DNA from: a bacterium
GTDB lineage: Bacteria > UBA8248
DNA: 64,000 bases
Assembly (NCBI GenBank): GCA_965200245.1
Contig: CBDATS010000004.1
Span: forward strand, 864,001 to 928,000
Direction of reading: 5' to 3'
Shown here in pieces: positions 30,288 to 39,101 of the stretch (positions within the stretch are counted from its first letter, which is position 1; every line of letters begins with the position of its first letter). The position numbers and the translations under genes are program-made. A model generated the notes under the pieces. The model was given only the letters and a program-made list of their open reading frames with translations, was not told the DNA's origin and searched no databases.

Positions 30288-31613
30288 CTAGGCCGTTTTC
30301 TTCTTATATGTCCCCTGGTGATTTACCCAGTCACAGCTCTTGTCAGGACTCGTGTATTTGCTCCAGGGTTCGGGCACCACGAGACCCTTCGTTTGCGAGA
30401 CGATGCGGAATTGCCCGTTCTTGAGGATTTCCCCGATGAGCACGGGCTTGTGTAGATGGTGGTTTTTCTCGTCGATCTTCTTGAATCCACCCGGAGCCTC
30501 GAAGCCCATGCCATAAGCCGCCTTGCGCACGTCGTCCACCTTCGTGGTGCCCGCTTTCTCGACCGCCTGCTTCCAGATGTAGACGCCGAGATATGCCGCC
30601 TCGATGGGGTCGTCCGTCACGCGGCTGGTGCCGCCGGGCAGGCCCATCTTCTTGCAGTAGGTCTTGAAGTTCTTCACGAATCTCTTGTTCTGCGGCGTGT
30701 CGATCGACTGATAGTAGTTCCAGGCCGCCAGGTGTCCGACGAGCGATTTCGAGTCCATGCCGCGCAGTTCGTCTTCCGCCACGCTGAACGCCATGATGGG
30801 CACATCTTCAGAACGCAGGCCCTGGTTCGCGAACTCCTTGTAGAAGGGCACGTTGCTGTCGCCGTTGATGGTGCTGAGTACGGCGGCGTCACCGCTCGAA
30901 GCGAAGGATTTCACCTTGCCCACGATGGTCTGGTAATCCTGGTGGTGGAAGGGCGTGTATTCTTCCATGATGTTCGAAGCCGGCACGCCCTTCGCCAAGA
31001 GGAAGGCCCGGAGAATCTTGTTCGCCGTGCGCGGGAACACGTAGTCTGTGCCGAGCAGGTAGAACTTCTTGAACTCGCCGCCGTCCTCGCTCATCATGTA
31101 TTCCGCAGCCGGAATCAACTGCTGGTTCGGCGTTGCGCCCGTGTAGAAGACGTTCTTCGAGCATTCTTCTCCCTCGTACTGCACCGGGTAGAAGAGGAGG
31201 CCGTTATTCTTCTCATAAATGGGAAGGACCGACTTTCTGCTCACCGACGTCCAGCAGCCGAAGGTAACGTCCACCTTGTCCTGCAGGAGAAGCTGCTTCG
31301 CCTTCTCGGCGAACAAATCCCAATCAGACGCCGGGTCGACGACTACGGGCTTGATGGGGCGCTTCATCACGCCGCCCGCCGCGTTGATTTCCTCCACGGC
31401 CATCAGTACCACGTCGCGTAGCGAAACCTCGCTGATCGCCATGGTTCCGCTCAGGGAGTGCAGAACCCCGATCTTGATGGGCTCTGCCGCCCGGATCACG
31501 TTCGGAAACGGAAGCGTACTCATCGCCACAGCACCCAATCCGATCGCACCTGCTTTCTTCAGAAACCTTCTGCGGGATAACTTCTCCGCGCCAATGAATT
31601 TCTTCTGCTTCAT
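30288..31613 (-). CDS. urtA: Urea ABC transporter substrate-binding protein UrtA (Tat signal)
   Basis: SRRRFLK Tat motif; LHSLSGTMAISE, FGCWTSVSRK, YPVQYEG, DYVFPRTAN. Confidence 0.96.
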   Translation of the reverse strand: MKQKKFIGAEKLSRRRFLKKAGAIGLGAVAMSTLPFPNVIRAAEPIKIGVLHSLSGTMAISEVSLRDVVLMAVEEINAAGGVMKRPIKPVVVDPASDWDLFAEKAKQLLLQDKVDVTFGCWTSVSRKSVLPIYEKNNGLLFYPVQYEGEECSKNVFYTGATPNQQLIPAAEYMMSEDGGEFKKFYLLGTDYVFPRTANKILRAFLLAKGVPASNIMEEYTPFHHQDYQTIVGKVKSFASSGDAAVLSTINGDSNVPFYKEFANQGLRSEDVPIMAFSVAEDELRGMDSKSLVGHLAAWNYYQSIDTPQNKRFVKNFKTYCKKMGLPGGTSRVTDDPIEAAYLGVYIWKQAVEKAGTTKVDDVRKAAYGMGFEAPGGFKKIDEKNHHLHKPVLIGEILKNGQFRIVSQTKGLVVPEPWSKYTSPDKSCDWVNHQGTYKKKTA

Positions 31614-31990
31614 CTTTTCTGTCCCCTTTTGAATTCATTCATATAGTGGCCATCGCGCGGCCTGAACAATGAATCGAACGTGAAAATCTTCGATGACAGA
31701 ATGAAAATATAGAGAGGTTTTTTTACGGAAATCTTGCGATTGGGTTAAATGGTCGTTTCGGTTTTATTTCATTCATGTTTCGGGATTGCCCATTCGACGA
31801 CCAAAATCCCCCGCCAGCCGGGCGACCGCTCATTCCGGAGTTGATGAGGGTGGATACAGTCCGGCATTCCATCCCGTCTTTGATCGAACGAGAATGAAGG
31901 CGAAAACCCGGATTTCGCATTCACTCCCGCCTTGGCCGGAAATGATACCGGGTTGACGGTGGTGAATTTCAGTCGATGAGGAAGATAGTG

Positions 31991-32022
31991 GTAAGGGGAC
32001 ACAGGTCGCGACCTCGCCCCTC
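31991..32022. repeat. REP-like palindrome (ACAGGTCGCGAC core)
   Basis: GTAAGGGGACACAGGTCGCGACCTCGCCCCTC. Confidence 0.55.
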
Positions 32023-32192
32023 GGGATCACAAAGACTTTCCGTCAAACGAAGGACCCCTGCCGGCTAGGCACAGGACATGTCCCTGCGTCACGTTTCGAG
32101 TTCGCGATTCCGCAGGGATGACCACCCGCGTTTCGCCAACGGGCGAACCGTCTCTCTATCGAACCACACCGACTAAACGCCTGCGCCTTCTC

Positions 32193-34505
32193 CTAAAGCG
32201 GACCGAAGTCGGGGGGGGGGATGCGGCGTTTCGAGGTCGCCTCGTAAGTCGAGGCGATTTGGAGCAGCACGTCCTCCCTGCCGGGTTCTGCGCGGAAAAC
32301 AAGGGAAAACGGAAGGCCCGGCTCAGGGATGGTGGTGGCCTGATCGTTATGGGCGGAGACGAACCGCGTGTCGTCCTCGCTCAGTTCGAAAACGGGATCG
32401 TATGTCGTGCGCACGTAGCCTGCCGGCACGAGCACTTCCGTGAGGCCTGCGTTCGGGCCGCTCTGTGATTCGGGTCGCGAGTTCAACAAGAGGCCAGGCT
32501 GGGGGGCACCTCCTATAATAGCGGGCGGAAACGGCGTGTGCAGGCGCACGAGGGCGTCGAGATTGTTCTCCAGAATCACCATCATGTCTACGCGTCGCAA
32601 AAGCTCGCGCAGCATGATGCGCTCGTTCACTCCCTGTCGGCTGCCGTGGGGGTTGCGCGGGTCTGAGACTTCCTCCCAGTTTTTGAAGGCGGCGCGGTGG
32701 TCGTCGCCCCAGAATTTGGAACGTGCGTTCAACTCGGGAAATCCCGTGATGGTCTCGGTGAAGCCGCTTTCTTTCCAATCCTCCGCCCGGCGCGAGAGGT
32801 ACTGGTGGATGTGGTAGCGAAACGTCATGGCGAGTTCCTGCTGTTGCACAGTGGCAAGGTCGAGGTTCACGGGCTGTTCGATCCTGCCCTCGCCCATGGC
32901 GAGCATGTAGTCGATGGGCTGCATGTCACCCGAACCGAATACGACGCCCGGCGCGAACTCGGTGGGGACGATGGCCTCTGCGAATTCGGTGAAGAGCGGC
33001 TCGCCCTCGGGCGTTAGCCTGAACATGATGTCCGGCATGAAGACGGGAATGAGCCTTGCGAGCGCACGGCGGAAATCCGTCTTCATCGTTTCGACCTCGG
33101 GGGCGTCCGCCCAGAGCGGGTCAGTGGATTCCAGGAGTTTCGCGCCGAGATTTTTCCCCAAGACTTCCTCTATCTCTCTAGCAGCAGCGTTGACGATGGG
33201 TTCTTCTGATTTCGAACCCCTCGCATAGACCATCGACTCACGAATGACCCCGATGCGTACGCCCTTGAGCGCCCCCGCCTCGCCGCTCGTTTTTATGTGC
33301 GTCGCATAGGGCGTATCCAAAACGGAGGAACGCGGCACCGTCGTGAACGGATCGCGCGGGTCGTAGTAGCCGTTCACAGGGTCTTTCAAGGCGTCGAGTA
33401 CCTTGGCGCAATCTGCAAGTGATTTCGTGATGATGCCACTCCTGTCACAGTAGATGTCCGCCCCGATTGCGCCGCCGTCGAAGCCTAACATCGCCTTATG
33501 CGGGAGGATGAGCGCAACGGCGTTGTGGTTCGAAGGTCCCCTGCAGGAGGCCCTCGTCTCTTCGCCCAGGCTCGCCATCACCATGTTGGTGCTCACCGAA
33601 AGGGCGGAACCCGAACTCGACCCCAGGGAAGCCGCCCGCGTGGTGTCGTATGGGTTCGAGGGGTTTCCGCCCCAACTGCTCCGCTGGTAGCCCAGGACGG
33701 AGGGCAACACCTTTTCGGGCGCGTGCCGCCCGCCCGGGTCCCCTGCGCGCCCGTTGTATTCGGTGCTCACCGCCTTGGCGAAGATGATGGCGCCTTTGTT
33801 CCTCAACTGCTCGACGAGAATGTGGTCGCGCGCGGGAAAATCGATGTCGTAGGCGGCGTCGCCCCCGCCGGTGGAGCGCATGTCCTTGGTGTCGAAGGGG
33901 TCCTTGAAGGAGAAGGTGACACCGAACATCGGCATTTTTTCGAGGTCTGGCTCTGCGCCGTACTCAGCGTCCAGTTCCGCTGCGCGCTCCAGCGCGTCGG
34001 GGTAGTGGCGAAAGACCTCGCACATGGGTGGGGCGCCGGGCGGCAGCGGACCTTCGGAAGGATGCCTGTCGAAATCGCCCTTGCACGTTACGGAGCGCTC
34101 GCCCCGGATGTTCAGGGTGGCGAGGGCGTTCACTTGGCCCGCATTCGGGATGCCGACAATCATGCCGTATTGCTGCTGCACGCTGGGGTCGGACGCCGTA
34201 TCCTGCATGCGCCCGAACTCGAGCGGTGGCCCTGCGTATTTGTCCAGATCGGGCAGGACGTCCGCAGCCCGCACTGTCTCGGTCGGGAATTCGAGCGGCG
34301 TCCCGCCACGCATGGTCCCCCTGGTCTCGGAAATCGGCGCGCCGTCTTCGGTGACGAGCATGCTGGCGACCCCGTTGTAGGCGCGAACACGCTCAAGGTA
34401 GCGTTCCACGACTTGGGCGCATGTCGTGCGGCCTGCGCGAATCGCCGCGTGCATATCTTCGATGGACGCTTCTTCCAAGTGAAACACCCCGCTCTTGTCC
34501 TCCAT
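32193..34505 (-). CDS. Large amidase-signature family enzyme (770 aa)
   Basis: FHLEEASI, FKDPFDTKDMRSTGG (Lys), LGSSSGS (cis-Ser), GEETRASCRGP (nucleophile Ser), LLQIASTYE. Confidence 0.9.
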   Translation of the reverse strand: MEDKSGVFHLEEASIEDMHAAIRAGRTTCAQVVERYLERVRAYNGVASMLVTEDGAPISETRGTMRGGTPLEFPTETVRAADVLPDLDKYAGPPLEFGRMQDTASDPSVQQQYGMIVGIPNAGQVNALATLNIRGERSVTCKGDFDRHPSEGPLPPGAPPMCEVFRHYPDALERAAELDAEYGAEPDLEKMPMFGVTFSFKDPFDTKDMRSTGGGDAAYDIDFPARDHILVEQLRNKGAIIFAKAVSTEYNGRAGDPGGRHAPEKVLPSVLGYQRSSWGGNPSNPYDTTRAASLGSSSGSALSVSTNMVMASLGEETRASCRGPSNHNAVALILPHKAMLGFDGGAIGADIYCDRSGIITKSLADCAKVLDALKDPVNGYYDPRDPFTTVPRSSVLDTPYATHIKTSGEAGALKGVRIGVIRESMVYARGSKSEEPIVNAAAREIEEVLGKNLGAKLLESTDPLWADAPEVETMKTDFRRALARLIPVFMPDIMFRLTPEGEPLFTEFAEAIVPTEFAPGVVFGSGDMQPIDYMLAMGEGRIEQPVNLDLATVQQQELAMTFRYHIHQYLSRRAEDWKESGFTETITGFPELNARSKFWGDDHRAAFKNWEEVSDPRNPHGSRQGVNERIMLRELLRRVDMMVILENNLDALVRLHTPFPPAIIGGAPQPGLLLNSRPESQSGPNAGLTEVLVPAGYVRTTYDPVFELSEDDTRFVSAHNDQATTIPEPGLPFSLVFRAEPGREDVLLQIASTYEATSKRRIPPPDFGPL

Positions 34506-34791
34506 GACGCATCCTTTCGCTTGAGTCTTTTCTCGGCTCACCTCTCTCGGGAGAGGGAGCAACATCAGGTTTCAGACGATTCGGGAATACTATGGGCGAA
34601 GCCCGATTTTCGCAATGGAGGAGGGGGATGAATTCCGAAGATTCTCGCATTCGGCAAAGGAGCGAAGTTCTTTCATACGATTCAGATAAGACAGATAAAA
34701 GTTTCTGGTTTTCATTACTTTCTCTATAGTGTTGAATTTGTTTAGCGGGGCGTGCTCTTCGCTCCTCGCCCAGTCAGGTATATGAAATAGG

Positions 34792-35889
34792 TCAGTTGAT
34801 GGCCTTTGTCCATTCAAGACGCCGTTTCAGCTTGTTGAGAGAATGCCTCCATGGCAGACGACCTTCATGCTGAAGTCTGCCGACCACTATGCTTGGGGCA
34901 ACATCTTGCTCCTGCGCAAATTGACGGATTGACAGGCCATCTCGGGGTTCCCCCTCGACGAACCGCTTCCAATGACCGCTCGGAATCAGGAAATTCGCAG
35001 CCCACTGGTTCGCTCGCGCTTCACATTCACCGACATCATTTTCTTTTGAATCGATGAAAACATCTTTCTTGCTATCCAACAAAATGTGTGCGGCTTCATG
35101 AAACAAGGTGAACCAGAGATGATCATCCGTCTTGTGGCGGGCGCTCAAGGCGATCACCGCCTTTTGGCTCGACAGCCACCATGCCGCGCCGCTGATGGCG
35201 GTCCTCGGCAGGGGTGGAATCAAGGCCAGGACAACACCTGACTCGTTACAATATTCGCCCGCCTTGCGGATCGCTTCGTCGAACGGCTTGCGTGTGAGTG
35301 CACGAATTTCCCCGAGAGACCTTTTGAAGCACGCCTCGTTAAAATCCGCGCAAGTTTGCCGTTCGGCTTCAAGCTCGCTCAGTCTGCGCCAAGTCGCCAA
35401 AGCGCATTCGTCGCTATCGAAACTCGGAGAATGTCGGTAGTTGACGCTTTCCGCTCCATACTTGACATCCCAGGCCGCGACCGATCCGACACCAAAAAAG
35501 GCGAGTAGGCCAGACACTCCAGCGGCGATTGAGGACGGCCTATCCATCACCCCGCGCTTGACCAGCACATTTATGGGAAAGCGTTTCGCCCACGAGTCGA
35601 ATTTTGCCGCTTGTTTTATTTCGGTTTTTTTCGCCCGCTGTAGCCTGTAGTCGGATTCCAGTCCAAGCCAGATATGGGCGGCGACTCCCGTCACCTTCTC
35701 GAATTGAAGAGCCGTCTGCGGCTCCACCGGAGCCTTTCCCGCGACTATCTCGCTGATGAGTTTGGGTGAACGACCACACCGGCGAGCGAAATCAGCATAC
35801 GACATGTCATGCGCCTCCAGGCGTTCCGCAAGAATCGTTCCGGGTGCGACTGCGTAGTCCGGTTGGTACGCATGGGCTGTTCCACTCAT
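34792..35889 (-). CDS. higA: HigA-type HTH antitoxin fused to an ImmA/IrrE (DUF955) metallopeptidase domain
   Basis: PDYAVAPGTILAERLE HTH, TALQFEKV, WFTLFHEAAHILL (HExxH), EARANQWAANFLIP. Confidence 0.88.
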   Translation of the reverse strand: MSGTAHAYQPDYAVAPGTILAERLEAHDMSYADFARRCGRSPKLISEIVAGKAPVEPQTALQFEKVTGVAAHIWLGLESDYRLQRAKKTEIKQAAKFDSWAKRFPINVLVKRGVMDRPSSIAAGVSGLLAFFGVGSVAAWDVKYGAESVNYRHSPSFDSDECALATWRRLSELEAERQTCADFNEACFKRSLGEIRALTRKPFDEAIRKAGEYCNESGVVLALIPPLPRTAISGAAWWLSSQKAVIALSARHKTDDHLWFTLFHEAAHILLDSKKDVFIDSKENDVGECEARANQWAANFLIPSGHWKRFVEGEPRDGLSIRQFAQEQDVAPSIVVGRLQHEGRLPWRHSLNKLKRRLEWTKAIN

Positions 35890-35902
35890 GTACTTCACCT
35901 CC

Positions 35903-36238
35903 TCAATGATAGTCGACGACATCGACAATGATAATCGAGGTGACTTCGGCCGGGTCGATACCGCCGTCATCCTTACTGGGAACCGGATCGTGGTTCGGCT
36001 TGAAGACGAGCCTTTGGGCATGAACGAGATCGACCGCGTATTGCCCTTCGCGATCAGCCTTCAGGGGATGGCACCGCTCCGGCGGCGTCGACGGCACGTC
36101 CGCCAGCGTCCGGGCGTTTTTCAAAACCGCAAGACACGACATCAACTTCTCCGCCATCCGTTTGCCATACGTCTTTTGAAGTTCGCTCTCTGCGTTGCAG
36201 GTCTTTGCAAGTTTTCTGGTTCGGAAAACGATTTCCAC
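35903..36238 (-). CDS. higB: HigB/RelE-family toxin
   Basis: EIVFRTRKLAK, PPERCHPLKADREGQYAVDL, RLVF, C-terminal VDYH; sits upstream of the antitoxin. Confidence 0.88.
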   Translation of the reverse strand: MEIVFRTRKLAKTCNAESELQKTYGKRMAEKLMSCLAVLKNARTLADVPSTPPERCHPLKADREGQYAVDLVHAQRLVFKPNHDPVPSKDDGGIDPAEVTSIIIVDVVDYH

Positions 36239-36245
36239 TTCATTG

Positions 36246-36325
36246 TCATTATGGGCAATAATGAGAGATTCCTCTTATTTCGTTACCTATTCGGTAATAA
36301 TACAGAGGAAAATGCAGACCGTCAA
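36246..36325 (-). promoter_or_regulatory. higBA promoter with two palindromic operator candidates
   Basis: TTGACG-N17-TATTAT (36325-36297); TTACC-N5-GGTAA (36283-36297) and TCATTAT-N5-ATAATGA (36246-36264). Confidence 0.7.
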
Positions 36326-36697
36326 GTACGGGAAGTCGCTCATATTCGCATCATGTGGGCCGGGTTAGCCTTTCGCACTTTCGCTTGAGTCGAAATGATA
36401 GAGTAATGTTCCAGATATGAGTATCCCGCACGAATATTCAGGCCAAAAAGTTTTTCGCCGGCCCCGCATTTGCTCACATAGCGGAGGCAGTTCCTCCCGC
36501 TCCTGTTGCAATTGGCACCTCGCCATGACGGCGCCGGCGGCACTGTGGTATAATTTCTATCTCGAAAACAACTGAGCGAGGAAGCACGAAATTCGAAGAA
36601 CTCATGGATTGCAAAATCCGTTCTCTCGATTTTTTCGCGCCATCTCCCAAAACAGAAGTGCACGACAGCTTTTGATTTCGCATAAGGAGAACGTCTC

Positions 36698-37882
36698 ATG
36701 GCAAAAACCGCACAAGCCGTCCGCAAGGAACCGTGGTTCGCGTATTTTCCCAATGACTACCGCTGGTCCGCTGGCGTAAGCATCGCCTATTCTACATCCT
36801 TTTGGGGCTCGTCCACGATGGGTGAAGTCGACAGGGTCTGCCGCAAACTCAAGGGGAAAGAGGGAGACGACGACGCCTGGTTCGATGAATGGGTGAGCGA
36901 GGCTGACAGGATGCGCTCGCTTGGCATGGCCGCAGCCCGGAAGAAGAATTCGCTTTCCGCCGCCGCCTTCTTCAAACGGGCGTGTTTCTATTATCAACTC
37001 GGCGAGCGTTTCAGAACACCAAAGGACAAGGCGGCGAACGCTGTGTACCGCAAATCGCTCGATTCCTTTAAGCGCTTCGCCGCGCTTACGGACGCGCCTC
37101 GCATCGAACACGTGGAAATTCCCTTCGAAGGAAAAAAGACGCTGCCCGGCATCCTGGTTCACGCGCAGAATACAAGAAAGAGAAAACCTCCCGTAGTTGT
37201 CTCCTTCGATGGCTTCGACGTCTCGAAAGAGATCCAGTACATCATGGGTGCCGAAGACCTCGCACGACGCGGGATGAGCGTGCTTGCCGTGGACGCGCCC
37301 GGAAACGGGGAGGCCATTCGCTCCAGAAAGCTCTTTCTGCGCCACGACCATGAGGTCGCGGGAGGGGCGGCGCTCGATTATCTCGAGACGAGAAACGACG
37401 TGGACGCGAAACGCGCAGGCGTCATGGCGATCAGCCTCGGCGGATACTACGCACCCAGAAACGCCAGCATGGAGCACCGCTTCAAGGCATGCGTGGCCTG
37501 GGGAGCGATTTGGGATTACCAGAAGGTATGGCGCGACAGAATCGCTGCCACTTACACGACGGCTCTCTCCGTTCCCGGGCATCACCTGATGTGGATATTC
37601 AACCTGGACTCCACCGAGGAGTGCCTCGAAATGCTTGAGGACTTCAAGCTCGACGGCGTGGTCCAGCACATGCGCTGCCCGTTTCTTCTGATTCACGGGG
37701 AAGGCGATCAGCAGATTTCTGTTGAGGACGCAAAAAAACTCTTCAAGGCCTCGGGGTCGAAGGACAAGACCTTCCGTGTGGTCAAGGGAGTCGAAACCGG
37801 CGCCCAGCACTGTCAAATGGACAATGTGCCCCCTTACGCGCACGAAATTTTCGATTGGCTCAAACTGAAGCTTGGAGCGTAG
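36698..37882 (+). CDS. Alpha/beta hydrolase, 2,6-dihydroxypseudooxynicotine hydrolase/FrsA-like
   Basis: VEIPFEG, DGFDVSKE, VDAPGNGE, AISLGGYYA nucleophile elbow, HGEGD, GAQHCQ. Confidence 0.85.
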   Translation: MAKTAQAVRKEPWFAYFPNDYRWSAGVSIAYSTSFWGSSTMGEVDRVCRKLKGKEGDDDAWFDEWVSEADRMRSLGMAAARKKNSLSAAAFFKRACFYYQLGERFRTPKDKAANAVYRKSLDSFKRFAALTDAPRIEHVEIPFEGKKTLPGILVHAQNTRKRKPPVVVSFDGFDVSKEIQYIMGAEDLARRGMSVLAVDAPGNGEAIRSRKLFLRHDHEVAGGAALDYLETRNDVDAKRAGVMAISLGGYYAPRNASMEHRFKACVAWGAIWDYQKVWRDRIAATYTTALSVPGHHLMWIFNLDSTEECLEMLEDFKLDGVVQHMRCPFLLIHGEGDQQISVEDAKKLFKASGSKDKTFRVVKGVETGAQHCQMDNVPPYAHEIFDWLKLKLGA

Positions 37883-37883
37883 G

Positions 37884-38199
37884 GAGGCCGGGCGCGGACT
37901 CTCTAGTGGACAGAAGCAACGCCTGCTCGTCGCGCGTGTGCTGCCTGAACCAACCGCGAATCCTGATGCTTGACGAGACCACCGTATCTCTGGACAACCG
38001 CACGCAGGCCATTGCTCAGGAGTCACTCGGCAAACCAAACATCTCGCGTCTGGCAATCGTCCATCGGGTGAGTACCGTTCGCGAGGTCGCACGAACCTGC
38101 GTGCTGGAGAAAGGCCGCTCCGTCGACAGCAGTAACTACAACGAACCCATGGCCAGGGACAGGGCGTTTGCGAACCTTGCGAAACACCAGTTGATGCAA
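37884..38199 (+). pseudogene. Decayed C-terminal fragment of a peptidase-type/NHLP bacteriocin ABC exporter ATPase
   Basis: GLSSGQKQRLLVAR, frameshift, then NQPRILMLDETTVSLDNRTQAI...AIVHRVSTV...VLEKGR...FANLAKHQL; no Walker A and no start. Confidence 0.7.
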
Positions 38200-38300
38200 G
38201 CGGCACGGTTGGTGATTACAATGAAAGTGCGGGCGGACGTCGAGCTGGACGTCGCCTGAGCCAATGGATAGATTCAATAATCAAGGGGGGCCTACTCCAC

Positions 38301-39086
38301 ATGAACTACGAGAACGTGCGCACCGAGATGGACGGTGAATTATTGATCGTCACGCTGCACTGGCCCGAGCGACGAAACGCCATGACTCACCAGATGCGAG
38401 CCGACCTGCTGGACTGCGCCCGTCGCGCCGAAACCGACGACGCAGTGAAGGCCATCGTCTTCACCGGACATGGGGACAAGTCGTTTTGCGCAGGCACCAA
38501 CATCCCTGAACTCGAGCAACGCACCCTGGTCTCGGAATTGGGGCCCTCGGCGACGCTTCGCAAGGAACTGCCAACCGCCATCGAGCGTCTGGGCAAACCG
38601 ACCGTCGCCGCGATAAACGGCTATTGCTTCGGAGCAGGGTTGGAATTCGCGATGGGCTGCACTATCCGAATCGCGAGCGAGAACGCACAACTCGCGCAGC
38701 CGGAGATCAATCTGGGCCAGATACCAGGCAGCGGCGGCACCCAGCGCCTCTATCGTTTCGTGGGGCTGGGCTGGGCCATGCAGATGGTGCTCACAGGGCA
38801 GCGCGTCGACGCCGAGACTGCACGCGCGATCGGCTTGGTCACCGAAGTTCTGCCTCTGGCCGACCTCATGCCCCGAGCGAAGGAACTGGCGCGCAAGCTG
38901 GGGGCGCAATCTCCATTGGCCTTCGTTGCCGGTCGCGACGCCGTATTGCGTTCTACGGAAACCGAACTTCTGGCGGGTATCGACTATGAGCGAAAGCTCT
39001 ACGCCATCTGCATGGCGACCGAGGACAGCCGCGAGGCCTTGAGAGCCTATGACGAAAAGCGCGCTCCCCGGTACAAGGGCCGTTAA
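38301..39086 (+). CDS. Enoyl-CoA hydratase/isomerase (crotonase) family protein
   Basis: SFCAGTN, KPTVAAINGYCFGAGLE, QPEINLGQIPGSGGTQRL, EKRAPRYKGR. Confidence 0.92.
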   Translation: MNYENVRTEMDGELLIVTLHWPERRNAMTHQMRADLLDCARRAETDDAVKAIVFTGHGDKSFCAGTNIPELEQRTLVSELGPSATLRKELPTAIERLGKPTVAAINGYCFGAGLEFAMGCTIRIASENAQLAQPEINLGQIPGSGGTQRLYRFVGLGWAMQMVLTGQRVDAETARAIGLVTEVLPLADLMPRAKELARKLGAQSPLAFVAGRDAVLRSTETELLAGIDYERKLYAICMATEDSREALRAYDEKRAPRYKGR

Positions 39087-39101
39087 TCCCGGAAATCGTG
39101 C

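Noticed and set aside
32211-32220. G10 tract as a phase-variation switch in the amidase
   Set aside because: It is in frame, encodes RIPPPD and lies five codons before the stop, so slippage would change little.
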